The notes under the pieces are model-generated. The model had not been told where the DNA came from and did not search any database. It saw only the letters and a list, made by a program, of their open reading frames with translations. A stretch of 42,075 bases of DNA from an uncultured Candidatus Saccharibacteria bacterium. GTDB taxonomy: Bacteria; Patescibacteriota; Minisyncoccia; Phycocordibacterales; CAIZLB01. Of this stretch, positions 16,217 through 24,957 are shown piece by piece (position 1 is the first letter of the stretch; each line of letters starts with the position of its first letter). A program made the position numbers and the translations under genes. The DNA is taken from positions 1 to 42,075 of the forward strand of contig CAZFNX010000003.1 in the NCBI GenBank assembly GCA_964520195.1, read 5' to 3'.

Positions 16217-17992
16217 CTACAAACCAAGAGCTTCTTTCCATGAACTTACAGTCCACGACCCAGAAGGACCACTTGTAAAGTCCAGGCTTGCGAGTCCAGA
16301 TTCATATATTATATGAGCTGTTCCAGACATGTTCACTTGTTTTGCAGCCAAGGCTTTTATACCCACAGAACCTTCTAGTTGAACAGAGCCATCTAGGGCT
16401 GTAAGAACAACTGAGCCCGCATTGCCAGATATTTTAAGAGCATATGTACTACCAGAACTACAATTTGAACCTCCTGGACAGGTACTATTGGTAACAACTA
16501 CCACATAACTACCCGCTGCCCCAGAACCATATATACCACCAGAACCTTCAAGATTTACGACCCCGTCCGCAACCATGATTCCACTTGCAGTACCCAAACT
16601 ACTGTCTACATATATTTTTCCTGCACCCTGCACTTTTATAATCCCTGTTACATATATAGGACCTGTTATATATAACTTACCAGAACCTTCGACATTTAAA
16701 TCACCATTGATTTTTACAGGACCAAGATATACAGTCCTTACTCCATCTATCGTTTGACTTCCTATTGTTCCACCTGCAGAAGCCAATGCTTTCCATTCAT
16801 CTATATTTCCAGAAGATACCGGCATAGGACTTGGGGCAGGGTCCGCCCTTGAAGTGTCACAAGTCTTATTGTTACCTGTACCAGTCTGACAATAGAGTGC
16901 TCCTCCAACTGTAGTATTTGTAACTGTTCTTGCCCACGCATCACCAGTACCACTTGTTCCAACACCTATACCTGTTATAGAACCCGTATCACCCCCAACC
17001 AAAACCTTGAACCCGGCATCAAGCGTAGAAGTCGCTAATGCTGCCCACGATGTATTATATTTTCCTTGTTTTGCAACACCGGCGTATCCATTATCATTTA
17101 CACCTAATGTATAGTAATTCGTAGTACTATTTGAAGGAACATCAATAACAATCCAGTATGTAGTACCAACAGAAAGTGCTACACTTGTTGTCATAGTAAC
17201 AGGAACATATGCATATAACGAAGTAGCTAGGGTTGAGTTGAGTGTTCCGGAAGTCAATACGGTTGAACCAGGTAAACCTCCACTATTATTTACTATCTTA
17301 ACAGTAGCATTGGCAGGAGACCCTATCTTTTTAAGATATAAATCAATCTCTACGATCGGAGAACTTGTACTCATAACAAATGACTGAGCAAAATCCTGAT
17401 TAGTGTTTGAAACTCCAACATTTTGAGTATATGAACCTGATGTTGTTAAGTTTTCAACTTGTGCAGTTGGATTTGATATTGTTGCAGCAATAGCATCACC
17501 TGAAATATAACTATTATACCAACCACTTCCTCCTGCTCCTACAATATCACCGTTACTATACACATTTCCGACGATGTATGAAGATCCTTGCATATTTAAC
17601 CCTCCAGTACCTGTTTGCAATCCATAGTTAAACGAAACACCTGTATCTCGCTTAAACTGTGCTTGAATAAATCTCTGAAACTGCCCCAGTGTACTTTGTA
17701 TTGATATTCTTTTATCATCTCCAACATCAGTAACAATCCCTGTCGCCACGGCGCCTAGTAAAGTTATATCCCCTGGAGAATCTGTTTTTCCTTTATTTAA
17801 ACGATATAGTGTATTTTCAGCTTGTGCATCAGCAGCTGTATAACTTTTCTTTGATGTTAAAAACTCATTAGCGTTTCTTATCTGCTGAGCTATGGGCATA
17901 CTTACACCAACAAGCAAAGTTGCTGACAAGATAACAAAAAACAATACGACAATAAGTATTGCCGCCCCTTTTTGATATGTGTGCTTTATCAT
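16217..17992 (-). CDS. large PilX-N-like pilus-associated protein (putative minor pilin or tip adhesin)
   Basis: N-terminus QKGAAILIVVLFFVILSATLLVGV resembles the PilX N-terminal segment. The rest is Gly/Ser/Thr-rich. The C-terminal part shows beta-helix-like repeats (VKINGDLNVEGSGKLYITGPIYVTGIIKVQGAGKIYV). Last gene of the pilin cluster. Confidence 0.55.
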   Translation of the reverse strand: MIKHTYQKGAAILIVVLFFVILSATLLVGVSMPIAQQIRNANEFLTSKKSYTAADAQAENTLYRLNKGKTDSPGDITLLGAVATGIVTDVGDDKRISIQSTLGQFQRFIQAQFKRDTGVSFNYGLQTGTGGLNMQGSSYIVGNVYSNGDIVGAGGSGWYNSYISGDAIAATISNPTAQVENLTTSGSYTQNVGVSNTNQDFAQSFVMSTSSPIVEIDLYLKKIGSPANATVKIVNNSGGLPGSTVLTSGTLNSTLATSLYAYVPVTMTTSVALSVGTTYWIVIDVPSNSTTNYYTLGVNDNGYAGVAKQGKYNTSWAALATSTLDAGFKVLVGGDTGSITGIGVGTSGTGDAWARTVTNTTVGGALYCQTGTGNNKTCDTSRADPAPSPMPVSSGNIDEWKALASAGGTIGSQTIDGVRTVYLGPVKINGDLNVEGSGKLYITGPIYVTGIIKVQGAGKIYVDSSLGTASGIMVADGVVNLEGSGGIYGSGAAGSYVVVVTNSTCPGGSNCSSGSTYALKISGNAGSVVLTALDGSVQLEGSVGIKALAAKQVNMSGTAHIIYESGLASLDFTSGPSGSWTVSSWKEALGL

Positions 17993-18010
17993 ATGTATTA
18001 TTATATGACA

Positions 18011-18529
18011 TTAATCACGCAGTTGCACTGTAGTGTAAAAATTTTTACTTATTGGTGGCACACCATAACGTGGTGTCGCTTGTAAATTTAGTTCTATTTT
18101 TATCGCTTGAGTTGATGTTCCATTTATATATCGAGCAATAAAACTATTTACCACCACACCAGGTTGAGAAAGATCACCGAGATATACTCCATTTTTAGAA
18201 ACTTTGAGCACACTACTTGTACTATAGTATGCATATTGATCTGTCACTGAACCATTTACAATACTAAGACCAACAGAGCCTTCGGGAACATTGAATGAGC
18301 TAGATGCAAGAACAACAGCATTTGAGTCTCGAATATCACGAGTTAATTTATCTATGATTTGAATAGCAGATGTTTCAACATCTTGTTGTGTTTTAATAAC
18401 ACTATATGATTTAAATAAAGACATAAGACTTCTTGTAACCACTAATGTCAAAACAGCAAGCATTGAAAAATATATAACTGTTTCCAGTATTGATATGCCT
18501 TTATGTTTTGTTTGTACGTGATTATTCAT
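18011..18529 (-). CDS. pseudopilin / minor type IV pilin
   Basis: From ATG 18529 the protein reads MNNHVQTKHKG-ISILETVIYFSMLAVL, a prepilin leader with Gly then Glu at +5 and a hydrophobic helix. The ATG overlaps the upstream stop by 8 nt. The track start 18622 adds an implausible extension. Confidence 0.6.
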   Translation of the reverse strand: MNNHVQTKHKGISILETVIYFSMLAVLTLVVTRSLMSLFKSYSVIKTQQDVETSAIQIIDKLTRDIRDSNAVVLASSSFNVPEGSVGLSIVNGSVTDQYAYYSTSSVLKVSKNGVYLGDLSQPGVVVNSFIARYINGTSTQAIKIELNLQATPRYGVPPISKNFYTTVQLRD

Positions 18530-19013
18530 ATAAATTAAAAATATACATACTTGTTGTACGAGTTGAAGTTGCACCCTGATCAGACCAGGAAACTGTAATA
18601 TCAACTTTTTTAGTACCAGCATCAGAAACTCCTGTTGAAGTACTTGTTAAAATATTAAAATCTGTAGTATCTCTGTTGACTGAAGATACAACAAAGTATC
18701 TTGTAAAAAAACCATCTATAGATGCAGGGGTTGTTGTAGCTTTCCATCTATCAGTAGACCAAATAAAATAATATGGAACACCTTCTGTTGTACTTGCTAT
18801 GTTTGACCACGATTCCCCTCTCATAGTTTTTATAGCATCGATACCTTCATCAAGTAAAAAAGCTGCCTGAACTTTTGCAGTATTTCGAGCAGAAAGAGAT
18901 ATAAGATTACCATATATAACAGATATAGAAATAACAGCAAGAGATATAACAACAGAAGCAACTATCACTTCGACTACAGATATTCCTTTTTTAAAATTAT
19001 AAGCTCTCCGCAT
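18522..19013 (-). CDS. pseudopilin / minor type IV pilin
   Basis: MRRAYNFKKG-ISVVEVIVASVVISLAV prepilin-type N-terminus. Confidence 0.65.
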   Translation of the reverse strand: MRRAYNFKKGISVVEVIVASVVISLAVISISVIYGNLISLSARNTAKVQAAFLLDEGIDAIKTMRGESWSNIASTTEGVPYYFIWSTDRWKATTTPASIDGFFTRYFVVSSVNRDTTDFNILTSTSTGVSDAGTKKVDITVSWSDQGATSTRTTSMYIFNLYE

Positions 19014-19018
19014 GTATA

Positions 19019-19477
19019 TTATTGTACTATACCTAATCCGTTTATGGTTATAGTTGAAGTACCTACCGCAACTCCTCCTACACTATAGATATATGTAAGA
19101 GTCCCTGTTGCATTTGGCAAACCTGAGATGCGAGCAAAAGTTAATGTAGAAGTTCCGAGTGTTGATGACGCAAGACTAACGCGGTTATTTAATACATATA
19201 TATATGATGTCGAAGATGCCAAGACTTCTATAACACTCACTGTTGAAGTTGCAAGCACTACACCATGTGTGTCGGTATTTTTAGAATTGAGAGAATCTAT
19301 GCGAGCATCTTGAATATATCTTCTTACTTGAGCAACCTCTTTATCCAGAATCTGCCTGTTGTTTAAAGCAGAAAGAGAAGAAAAAACAATAGATCCTATA
19401 ATCAAACTTAAAACAGCTATTATAACCACTTCAAGCAAACTAAAACCTTTATTTTTTGATTTTCTTAGATGTATCAT
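19019..19477 (-). CDS. type IV pilin (prepilin-type N-terminal cleavage/methylation domain)
   Basis: MIHLRKSKNKG-FSLLEVVIIAVLSLIIG is the canonical G/FxLxE motif. 152 aa. A TATAAT box lies 7 nt before the ATG. Confidence 0.75.
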   Translation of the reverse strand: MIHLRKSKNKGFSLLEVVIIAVLSLIIGSIVFSSLSALNNRQILDKEVAQVRRYIQDARIDSLNSKNTDTHGVVLATSTVSVIEVLASSTSYIYVLNNRVSLASSTLGTSTLTFARISGLPNATGTLTYIYSVGGVAVGTSTITINGLGIVQ

Positions 19478-19484
19478 AATGATT

Positions 19485-19490
19485 ATTATA
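19485..19490 (-). promoter_or_regulatory. consensus TATAAT -10 box 7 nt before the pilin ATG
   Basis: Minus strand reads TATAAT-aatcatt-ATG(19477). The box overlaps the pilC stop codon. Confidence 0.45.
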
Positions 19491-20709
19491 AATTATTCAT
19501 CACACTATACATTGGTGTAATCATTGCAACCGCAAAAAACCCTACAGCCGCACCAACAAACACCATGAGTATAGGCTCAACAATAGTTGAAAGATCTTTT
19601 GTTTTTTGTTCCACTTCCCCTTCATAAAAGACTGCTACACCTTGAAGCATGCTTGAAAGTTTTCCAGTCTCTTCACCAACACTTATCATCTCACCCACAA
19701 AAGGAGGATACAGATCCTCATGCACAGCAAAAACAGATGCGAGCGGTTTACCTTTTTCCACAGCTTTTTCTGTCTCCTGTAAAACATTTTTATACCTATT
19801 ATTACCCAACACCTCTTGAGTGATACGTACAGACTGAAGCAAATCAACACCAGAGCCTATCAAAGAAGAGAGAGTTCGTGCTGTTTTTGCTGAATTTGAT
19901 TCTATGACAATATTTCCAATAATAGGAATTCTCGTCGTAGTTGCATCAAGTATTTTTTTACCGACAACAGACTTAAGAAAGCGAAGAAAACCTAGAACAG
20001 CAGCAGCGGCCGTAATACCAAAAAGTATAATATGATTTTTCAATGTATCACTCAACCAAATAACAAACTTAGTAGATGAAGGCAGATCTGCTTTTACATC
20101 TTTAAATGTTTCTGTCAGTTTTGGAACAACTGTTACCATCAAAATAATACCAATAACAATCATCACCGTAATAATAACACCTGGATATACCATAGCCCCT
20201 TTAATCTTTTTCTGTAGTTGATATGTTTTTTCCATTTGCAACGCAATGGTTTTTAAAGCCTCAGACAGATTACCACTTTCCTCTCCTGCTTTAACCATAG
20301 AGACAAAGATTGCTGGAAATACCGTATCAAAACCAGCCAATGCTTCATGAAAAGTTTTACCAGCGGAGATGTCGGCATTGAGTGTGACGAACACGTGTTT
20401 TAATTTTTCATTTTTAGTTTGTTTTTCCATCACACCTATCGCTCGAGTAAGAGAAAGTCCGGCTTCCAACATATTTCCCAAACTTCGTGCAAATGTAATC
20501 TTATCTATCATTTTGATATGTATCGCGGATGATTTCATCATCTTAGAAAGAAAACTAAACATTGATCCATCTGATGAAACTTCTTCGTGAGAAATAAGAA
20601 TATCTCCCTTCGTATGAATACTTGCAAAAAGCTCTGACTTATTTTCCCCTTCAAATGTATCAGTGTAAACTGAACCATCTTTTCTTTTTGCAGTGTACGA
20701 AAAATGCAT
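19486..20709 (-). CDS. pilC: type IV pilus assembly platform protein PilC (GspF family)
   Basis: 407 aa with two T2SS-F repeats (MLEAGLSL...; LIGSGVDLLQSV...) and three TM segments. Confidence 0.9.
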   Translation of the reverse strand: MHFSYTAKRKDGSVYTDTFEGENKSELFASIHTKGDILISHEEVSSDGSMFSFLSKMMKSSAIHIKMIDKITFARSLGNMLEAGLSLTRAIGVMEKQTKNEKLKHVFVTLNADISAGKTFHEALAGFDTVFPAIFVSMVKAGEESGNLSEALKTIALQMEKTYQLQKKIKGAMVYPGVIITVMIVIGIILMVTVVPKLTETFKDVKADLPSSTKFVIWLSDTLKNHIILFGITAAAAVLGFLRFLKSVVGKKILDATTTRIPIIGNIVIESNSAKTARTLSSLIGSGVDLLQSVRITQEVLGNNRYKNVLQETEKAVEKGKPLASVFAVHEDLYPPFVGEMISVGEETGKLSSMLQGVAVFYEGEVEQKTKDLSTIVEPILMVFVGAAVGFFAVAMITPMYSVMNNL

Positions 20710-20715
20710 ACCTAT

Positions 20716-20724
20716 ATCATAACA
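20716..20724 (-). promoter_or_regulatory. extended -10 TGtTATGAT, 6 nt before the pilC ATG
   Basis: Minus strand reads UUUUUUU-G-TTATGAT-ataggt-ATG(20709). The TG comes from the end of the upstream terminator U-tract. Confidence 0.4.
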
Positions 20725-20755
20725 AAAAAATCACAACTGTGCGTTGTGATTTTTT
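20724..20755 (-). terminator. intrinsic terminator after the RRM-protein gene
   Basis: AAAAAAATCACAAC-tgtgc-GTTGTGATTTTTT. In minus sense there are 7 U after the stem. Confidence 0.7.
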
Positions 20756-20776
20756 GTTAGTCGATGAGTGATTTTT

Positions 20777-20819
20777 TAATTTGACCCCGCAGGCAGCTTT
20801 GTGCCGAGGATTCAAATTA
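20777..20819 (-). repeat. conserved 3'-UTR stem-loop element, copy B (after RRM-protein stop)
   Basis: Transcript sense is UAAUUUGAAUCCUCGGCACAAAGCUGCCUGCGGGGUCAAAUUA. Same flanks as copy A, with apical stem GGCA/UGCC instead of GAUG/CAUC. Confidence 0.7.
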
Positions 20820-20835
20820 AAAAATTACAAAGAGA

Positions 20836-21204
20836 CTACCATGATCGGTTATCATCTCGTCTTGGTGCACCGTAGCCACCTCGTGATCCTCCTCCGAATC
20901 CACCTCGTGAAGCTCCACCATTGTAAGGTCTTCGACCTTCTTCTCGTGGCATTGCGATGTTAACTCGTAGTGGTCGTCCGTCAAGCTCTTGCTCATTCCA
21001 TCGTTGTACAGCTGCTGCTGCATCCGCTTCATTTGCAAATTCTACGAAAGCAAACCCTCGTGATCGTCCAGTCATTCTATCGATTGACACTTGAGCTGAA
21101 ACAACTTCTCCACATTCTGCAAATGCTGCTCGAAGTGAGTCATCGTTAACTCCCCATGATAGGTTTCCTACGTATAATTTTTTATTATTTACTGCTTCTG
21201 CCAT
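20836..21204 (-). CDS. RRM-type RNA-binding protein with C-terminal RGG-rich tail
   Basis: RNP-2 KLYVGNL and RNP-1 RGFAFVEF, with tail GGASRGGFGGGSRGGYGAPRRDD. Confidence 0.9.
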   Translation of the reverse strand: MAEAVNNKKLYVGNLSWGVNDDSLRAAFAECGEVVSAQVSIDRMTGRSRGFAFVEFANEADAAAAVQRWNEQELDGRPLRVNIAMPREEGRRPYNGGASRGGFGGGSRGGYGAPRRDDNRSW

Positions 21205-21368
21205 AATACTTTTTCTTTTTATATTGTTTTAAATTTAATGTAATGAGCTTGTCGCTCGACTCTAACACTACTTTGGATCTGTATCTGATGTATATAAAGC
21301 GTAACGAGTCATAGCGCTTTGTTATATATCAAAATCTCAAAATCTGTGGGAAATACCCTTGTGAAGTG

Positions 21369-21398
21369 ACTATACCACGGATTAAAGAATTATGCTAA
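21369..21398 (-). promoter_or_regulatory. promoter of the RRM-protein gene (TTAGCA-18-TGgTATAGT)
   Basis: Minus strand reads TTAGCA (21398-21393), 18 nt spacer, TATAGT (21374-21369) preceded by TGG. This implies a 5' UTR of about 155-160 nt. Confidence 0.45.
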
Positions 21399-21400
21399 TT

Positions 21401-21432
21401 AAAAAACCACCCATCTCATACGAGATAGATGG
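21401..21432 (-). terminator. possible terminator after hypothetical gene 21455-22039
   Basis: Minus sense reads CCATCTATCTC-GTAT-GAGATGG, then GTGG, then UUUUUU. The stem is imperfect and a 4-nt spacer precedes the U-tract. Confidence 0.4.
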
Positions 21433-21454
21433 TAATCAAAGAGAACGGCCCGCA

Positions 21455-22039
21455 TCACTTCATAAACGCCGTTCGGGCATCATCAATATGAATAACTGCC
21501 TGAAAAAAATAATCATTCCAATGCTCAACACTGACATACATTTTGCCAGGCGGAGCATCTTCAAAGATATGAGTTTCAAAGACAATCGACGTATTATAAT
21601 CACGAGGAAAGGTGCTCTTAGAACGATTATTCTTAACCCATTCCATCCATTCATACAACCGTTGGATCTTAATCTCCTTACCGTCCCGATAGAGAACAGT
21701 ATAGTCATCTGGGTTTACGATCACCTTGATGACATTATCGATTCTATGAACTTTGTGGGGTTCAGTCTGAACTTTTTCAACCGCAGGAGTTTTTGCAGAT
21801 GATGTTTTTGACTTTGATATTGAAACATTCATTAAATGGATGAAAATACAAAAAAATCCAAGAAGGACTATAAACACCAAGATCATCATTTGATGACGAA
21901 AACAGAAATTTGCAAATTTTTTATTCATGAGTAACAGAAGATTGTATTGGTATTGTTTGATCTGTATGGCTTTTACGCCACATGAAAAGAGCACACCGAC
22001 AAAAAGGAGTGTATACCTTATAAAACCCTGAGTCAACAC
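21455..22039 (-). CDS. hypothetical membrane-anchored protein
   Basis: Track ORF (GTG start) with a hydrophobic segment MMILVFIVLLGFFCIFIHL and a C-terminal domain of about 110 aa from no family I recognise. The start is uncertain; ATG 21928 is an alternative. Confidence 0.45.
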   Translation of the reverse strand: MLTQGFIRYTLLFVGVLFSCGVKAIQIKQYQYNLLLLMNKKFANFCFRHQMMILVFIVLLGFFCIFIHLMNVSISKSKTSSAKTPAVEKVQTEPHKVHRIDNVIKVIVNPDDYTVLYRDGKEIKIQRLYEWMEWVKNNRSKSTFPRDYNTSIVFETHIFEDAPPGKMYVSVEHWNDYFFQAVIHIDDARTAFMK

Positions 22040-22045
22040 ATACTA

Positions 22046-23011
22046 TTAACCAAGTACCATATCCTTAAACCTCACCTTCCCCTGTCTCCCGGTTTCTTTG
22101 CAAGCATCAGAACACCAAATAAACTTATTCTCATCGCGACAATTTTGACACACCATCATATGCTTATGACATTCATCATTAACACAATTATCAAATCGTT
22201 CAGTTGAAGCTTGGCATAAATCACATCTACCAATAATCTCTCGTTCAATATTTTTTTGTTTTGTAAAATCCATCACCACCCTGTTATCAAACGTAAACAA
22301 TCCTCCACGAAACTCTTTTTGTTCAGGAAATTTTTCCATATAGACATGCATACCTCCATCAAGCTGATATACATCCTTAAATCCTTGTGTCATAAGGTAT
22401 CCTGAAGCTTTTTCACATCGAACCCCACCAGTACATACTGTAAGAACTTTTTTGTTTTGTATACCAGGATGTGAAGCAACAATCTGAGGCAACACATCTG
22501 CAACCTCTCGAAAATTTGTAATTTGTGGATTTATGGAATTTTTAAAATGTCCAACACGGAACTCATAATCATTTCGCATGTCTATGACAACAAAATCTTC
22601 ATTCTTCTCATACCATTCTTTAAGTTCTTCAGGTTTTAGATGTATTCCTGTGATTTGATTTGGATCAACATCAGCTTGAACACCGAGACCAAGCTTTACT
22701 ATCTCAGGAACAACTTTTACGGCAAGTTTTTGAAATGCAAAACCAGTACCAACACTAGTTTTAATAGGCATTTCTTTAAAACCAGGAAATCTTCTTAGTT
22801 CCTTTATGTACATTTTTACATTATCATTTGCACCTTCAAGAGTAGCGTTAATACCCTCTGTTGCAATACGAACACGTCCAGTTAGTCCTAATCTTTGACA
22901 CAACTCTTTTTGCCACATCATAAAAATATCAGGATTAGTGATAGGTGTGTATTTATAAAAAAGTATAATTGTATACTTTGGATCAAGCGGTTTATCTTGA
23001 GAAATCTTCAT
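22046..23011 (-). CDS. trhO: rhodanese-domain tRNA uridine(34) hydroxylase TrhO (UPF0176/YceA family)
   Basis: ILFYKYTPI...LGLTGRVRIATEGINATLEG N-domain, rhodanese active-site loop CTGGVRCEKA and a Cys-rich C-terminus. ATG 23011 lies 6 nt after TGcTATAAA. Confidence 0.85.
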   Translation of the reverse strand: MKISQDKPLDPKYTIILFYKYTPITNPDIFMMWQKELCQRLGLTGRVRIATEGINATLEGANDNVKMYIKELRRFPGFKEMPIKTSVGTGFAFQKLAVKVVPEIVKLGLGVQADVDPNQITGIHLKPEELKEWYEKNEDFVVIDMRNDYEFRVGHFKNSINPQITNFREVADVLPQIVASHPGIQNKKVLTVCTGGVRCEKASGYLMTQGFKDVYQLDGGMHVYMEKFPEQKEFRGGLFTFDNRVVMDFTKQKNIEREIIGRCDLCQASTERFDNCVNDECHKHMMVCQNCRDENKFIWCSDACKETGRQGKVRFKDMVLG

Positions 23012-23062
23012 ATGGGATTTATAGCATAAAAATATACCAATAAAAACCACACAGTATACCCA

Positions 23063-24817
23063 CTACTCATTCACCACTCTCAAAACCTCCTCAATACTCG
23101 TCATCCCTTGCACCGCAAGGAAAATACCATCTTCAATCATAGTCATCATACCCTCTTTTTTAGCCTGCTCCTCAATAGCATCAGCACTAGACCCTTTAAT
23201 AACAAGGTCTTTTATAGCTGGCGTCATTTTCATAGTCTCATGAATACCAACTCGACCCTTATATCCATCATCTTTATCATCGACATGTTTTGCTTTATAG
23301 AATGGTATTTCTGACCATGCTGTACCCTCTTTCACTATATTTTCTTTTACTAAAAACCCAAGAACCCTATCAAGATCTATCTTTTTAGCAAGTTGAGCAA
23401 GTTCCGCATCGTTAAGGGTGTATTTTTCTTTTGTATCGGACAAACGACGAATCAAGCGTTGTGCTACAACGATTTTAAGTGTAGATACAAGGAGAAATGG
23501 TTCACATTTCATATCTATGAGACGAGGAATAGCTCCTGCTGCAGAGTTTGTGTGCAATGTTGAAAGCACCAAGTGACCAGTAAGAGCAGCATTTATAGCA
23601 AGAGCGGCTGTTTCATTATCACGAATCTCTCCAACCATGATAATATCTGGATCTTGTCGAAGAAGCGATCGAAGTCCTGAAGCAAACGTAAAACCTATAT
23701 CAGAACGAATCTGGGTTTGATTTATACGCTTCATTTGATACTCCACAGGATCTTCAACTGTCGAAATGTTTACATCTGGAGTATTTAAAATATCAAGCGT
23801 AGTATAGAGTGTTGTAGTTTTACCAGATCCAGTAGGTCCAGTTGTTAGAATAAGTCCTTCTGAGTAATTCATAGCATTATGAATATCTTCAAGAGCTTGA
23901 CCATGAAAACCAAGTCCTTCAAGAGAAAAACCTGATGCACTTTCTCGCAAAAGTCGCATAACAACCTTTTCACCATAGTATGTAGGAAGAATAGAAACAC
24001 GGAATGAAACCTTTTCACCATTCAATTCAACCTTAAATCGCCCATCTTGAGGCAATCGTTTCTCATCTAGCTTAAGACTAGAAAGCACTTTAATACGCGC
24101 TGTAATACTAGGTCCTGCTGCTTTAGGAAGCACCATAGCATCATGAAGCATCCCATCTATACGATACCGTACAATAGTTTCTTGTTCTGTATGCTCTATA
24201 TGAATATCAGACGCCCCTTGAAGAGCTGCGTGTTTCAACAAAGTCTCAACTATACGTACAACAGGCAAATCTTCAGCCTTTTTCTTAATATCTTCAACAG
24301 ATTCTTCACCTGTATTATCAGTATTGGCTATAATATTAAGATTTCCTACTTCGTTTTGTAAAATATCACCAAAGTCGGCTTTGAGACTTTTTTGATACTG
24401 TATAAGGATATTTTTAATAGAAAGAGCATTTGTCAGACGTGGATTTATCTTTAAGCCTGTTTTTTTCTTTACAAACTCAATAGCAGGTAAATCATCACCA
24501 TCAAGCAATGCAACCTCAAGAGTATCATCTTTACGTGCTATGGCCACAATATTATGCTTACGAGCAACTGGTTCTGGAATAAGAGATAGAACTTCGATAG
24601 GAATCTTTACATTTGAAAGATCAATATACGGGATACCTACTAGATACGACTGCATACTCAAAAAGTCGTCTTCTGTCATCTTTCCAGTAGACACAAGAAG
24701 ATCTTGGATGCGTTGACCACTCTTTTCAGCTTGCTTTTTCAAGGCAGCATAATCTTCTTGGCTTATCAAGCCGCTATCGATTATGAATTTGTATAGTTTT
24801 TCTTGATCAATGTACAT
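23063..24817 (-). CDS. pilB: type IV pilus assembly ATPase PilB (GspE family)
   Basis: N-terminal GSPII_E_N-like domain, Walker A GPTGSGKTTT, Asp box, Walker B IIMVGEIRD and His box. Confidence 0.93.
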   Translation of the reverse strand: MYIDQEKLYKFIIDSGLISQEDYAALKKQAEKSGQRIQDLLVSTGKMTEDDFLSMQSYLVGIPYIDLSNVKIPIEVLSLIPEPVARKHNIVAIARKDDTLEVALLDGDDLPAIEFVKKKTGLKINPRLTNALSIKNILIQYQKSLKADFGDILQNEVGNLNIIANTDNTGEESVEDIKKKAEDLPVVRIVETLLKHAALQGASDIHIEHTEQETIVRYRIDGMLHDAMVLPKAAGPSITARIKVLSSLKLDEKRLPQDGRFKVELNGEKVSFRVSILPTYYGEKVVMRLLRESASGFSLEGLGFHGQALEDIHNAMNYSEGLILTTGPTGSGKTTTLYTTLDILNTPDVNISTVEDPVEYQMKRINQTQIRSDIGFTFASGLRSLLRQDPDIIMVGEIRDNETAALAINAALTGHLVLSTLHTNSAAGAIPRLIDMKCEPFLLVSTLKIVVAQRLIRRLSDTKEKYTLNDAELAQLAKKIDLDRVLGFLVKENIVKEGTAWSEIPFYKAKHVDDKDDGYKGRVGIHETMKMTPAIKDLVIKGSSADAIEEQAKKEGMMTMIEDGIFLAVQGMTSIEEVLRVVNE

Positions 24818-24957
24818 AGTTGACTTTTATTTTATTTACTATAGTATAGCAAATATACAGCCAATCCAAAAGAAGATCGTGTCGCACTTTTCCGAAAGAG
24901 GCGATATTTTGTTTTCTATGGGTAAGCTATTTAAAAATATAACTAAAAAATCCAAAC

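Noticed and set aside
21391-21802. A plus-strand TATGCTAAT motif followed by a 136-aa ORF (21392-21802), which resembles the leaderless promoter pattern.
   Set aside because: The ATG is embedded in the motif rather than 6-7 nt downstream of it. The ORF is antisense to the terminator and to the hypothetical gene 21455-22039. The same bases form the -35 box (TTAGCA) of the RRM-gene promoter on the minus strand.
24818-24957. The divergent pilB / nusA intergenic region as a possible replication origin, because gene orientation switches here.
   Set aside because: I found no DnaA-box-like 9-mers in the 140 bp. The region is fully accounted for by two promoters and a short imperfect hairpin.
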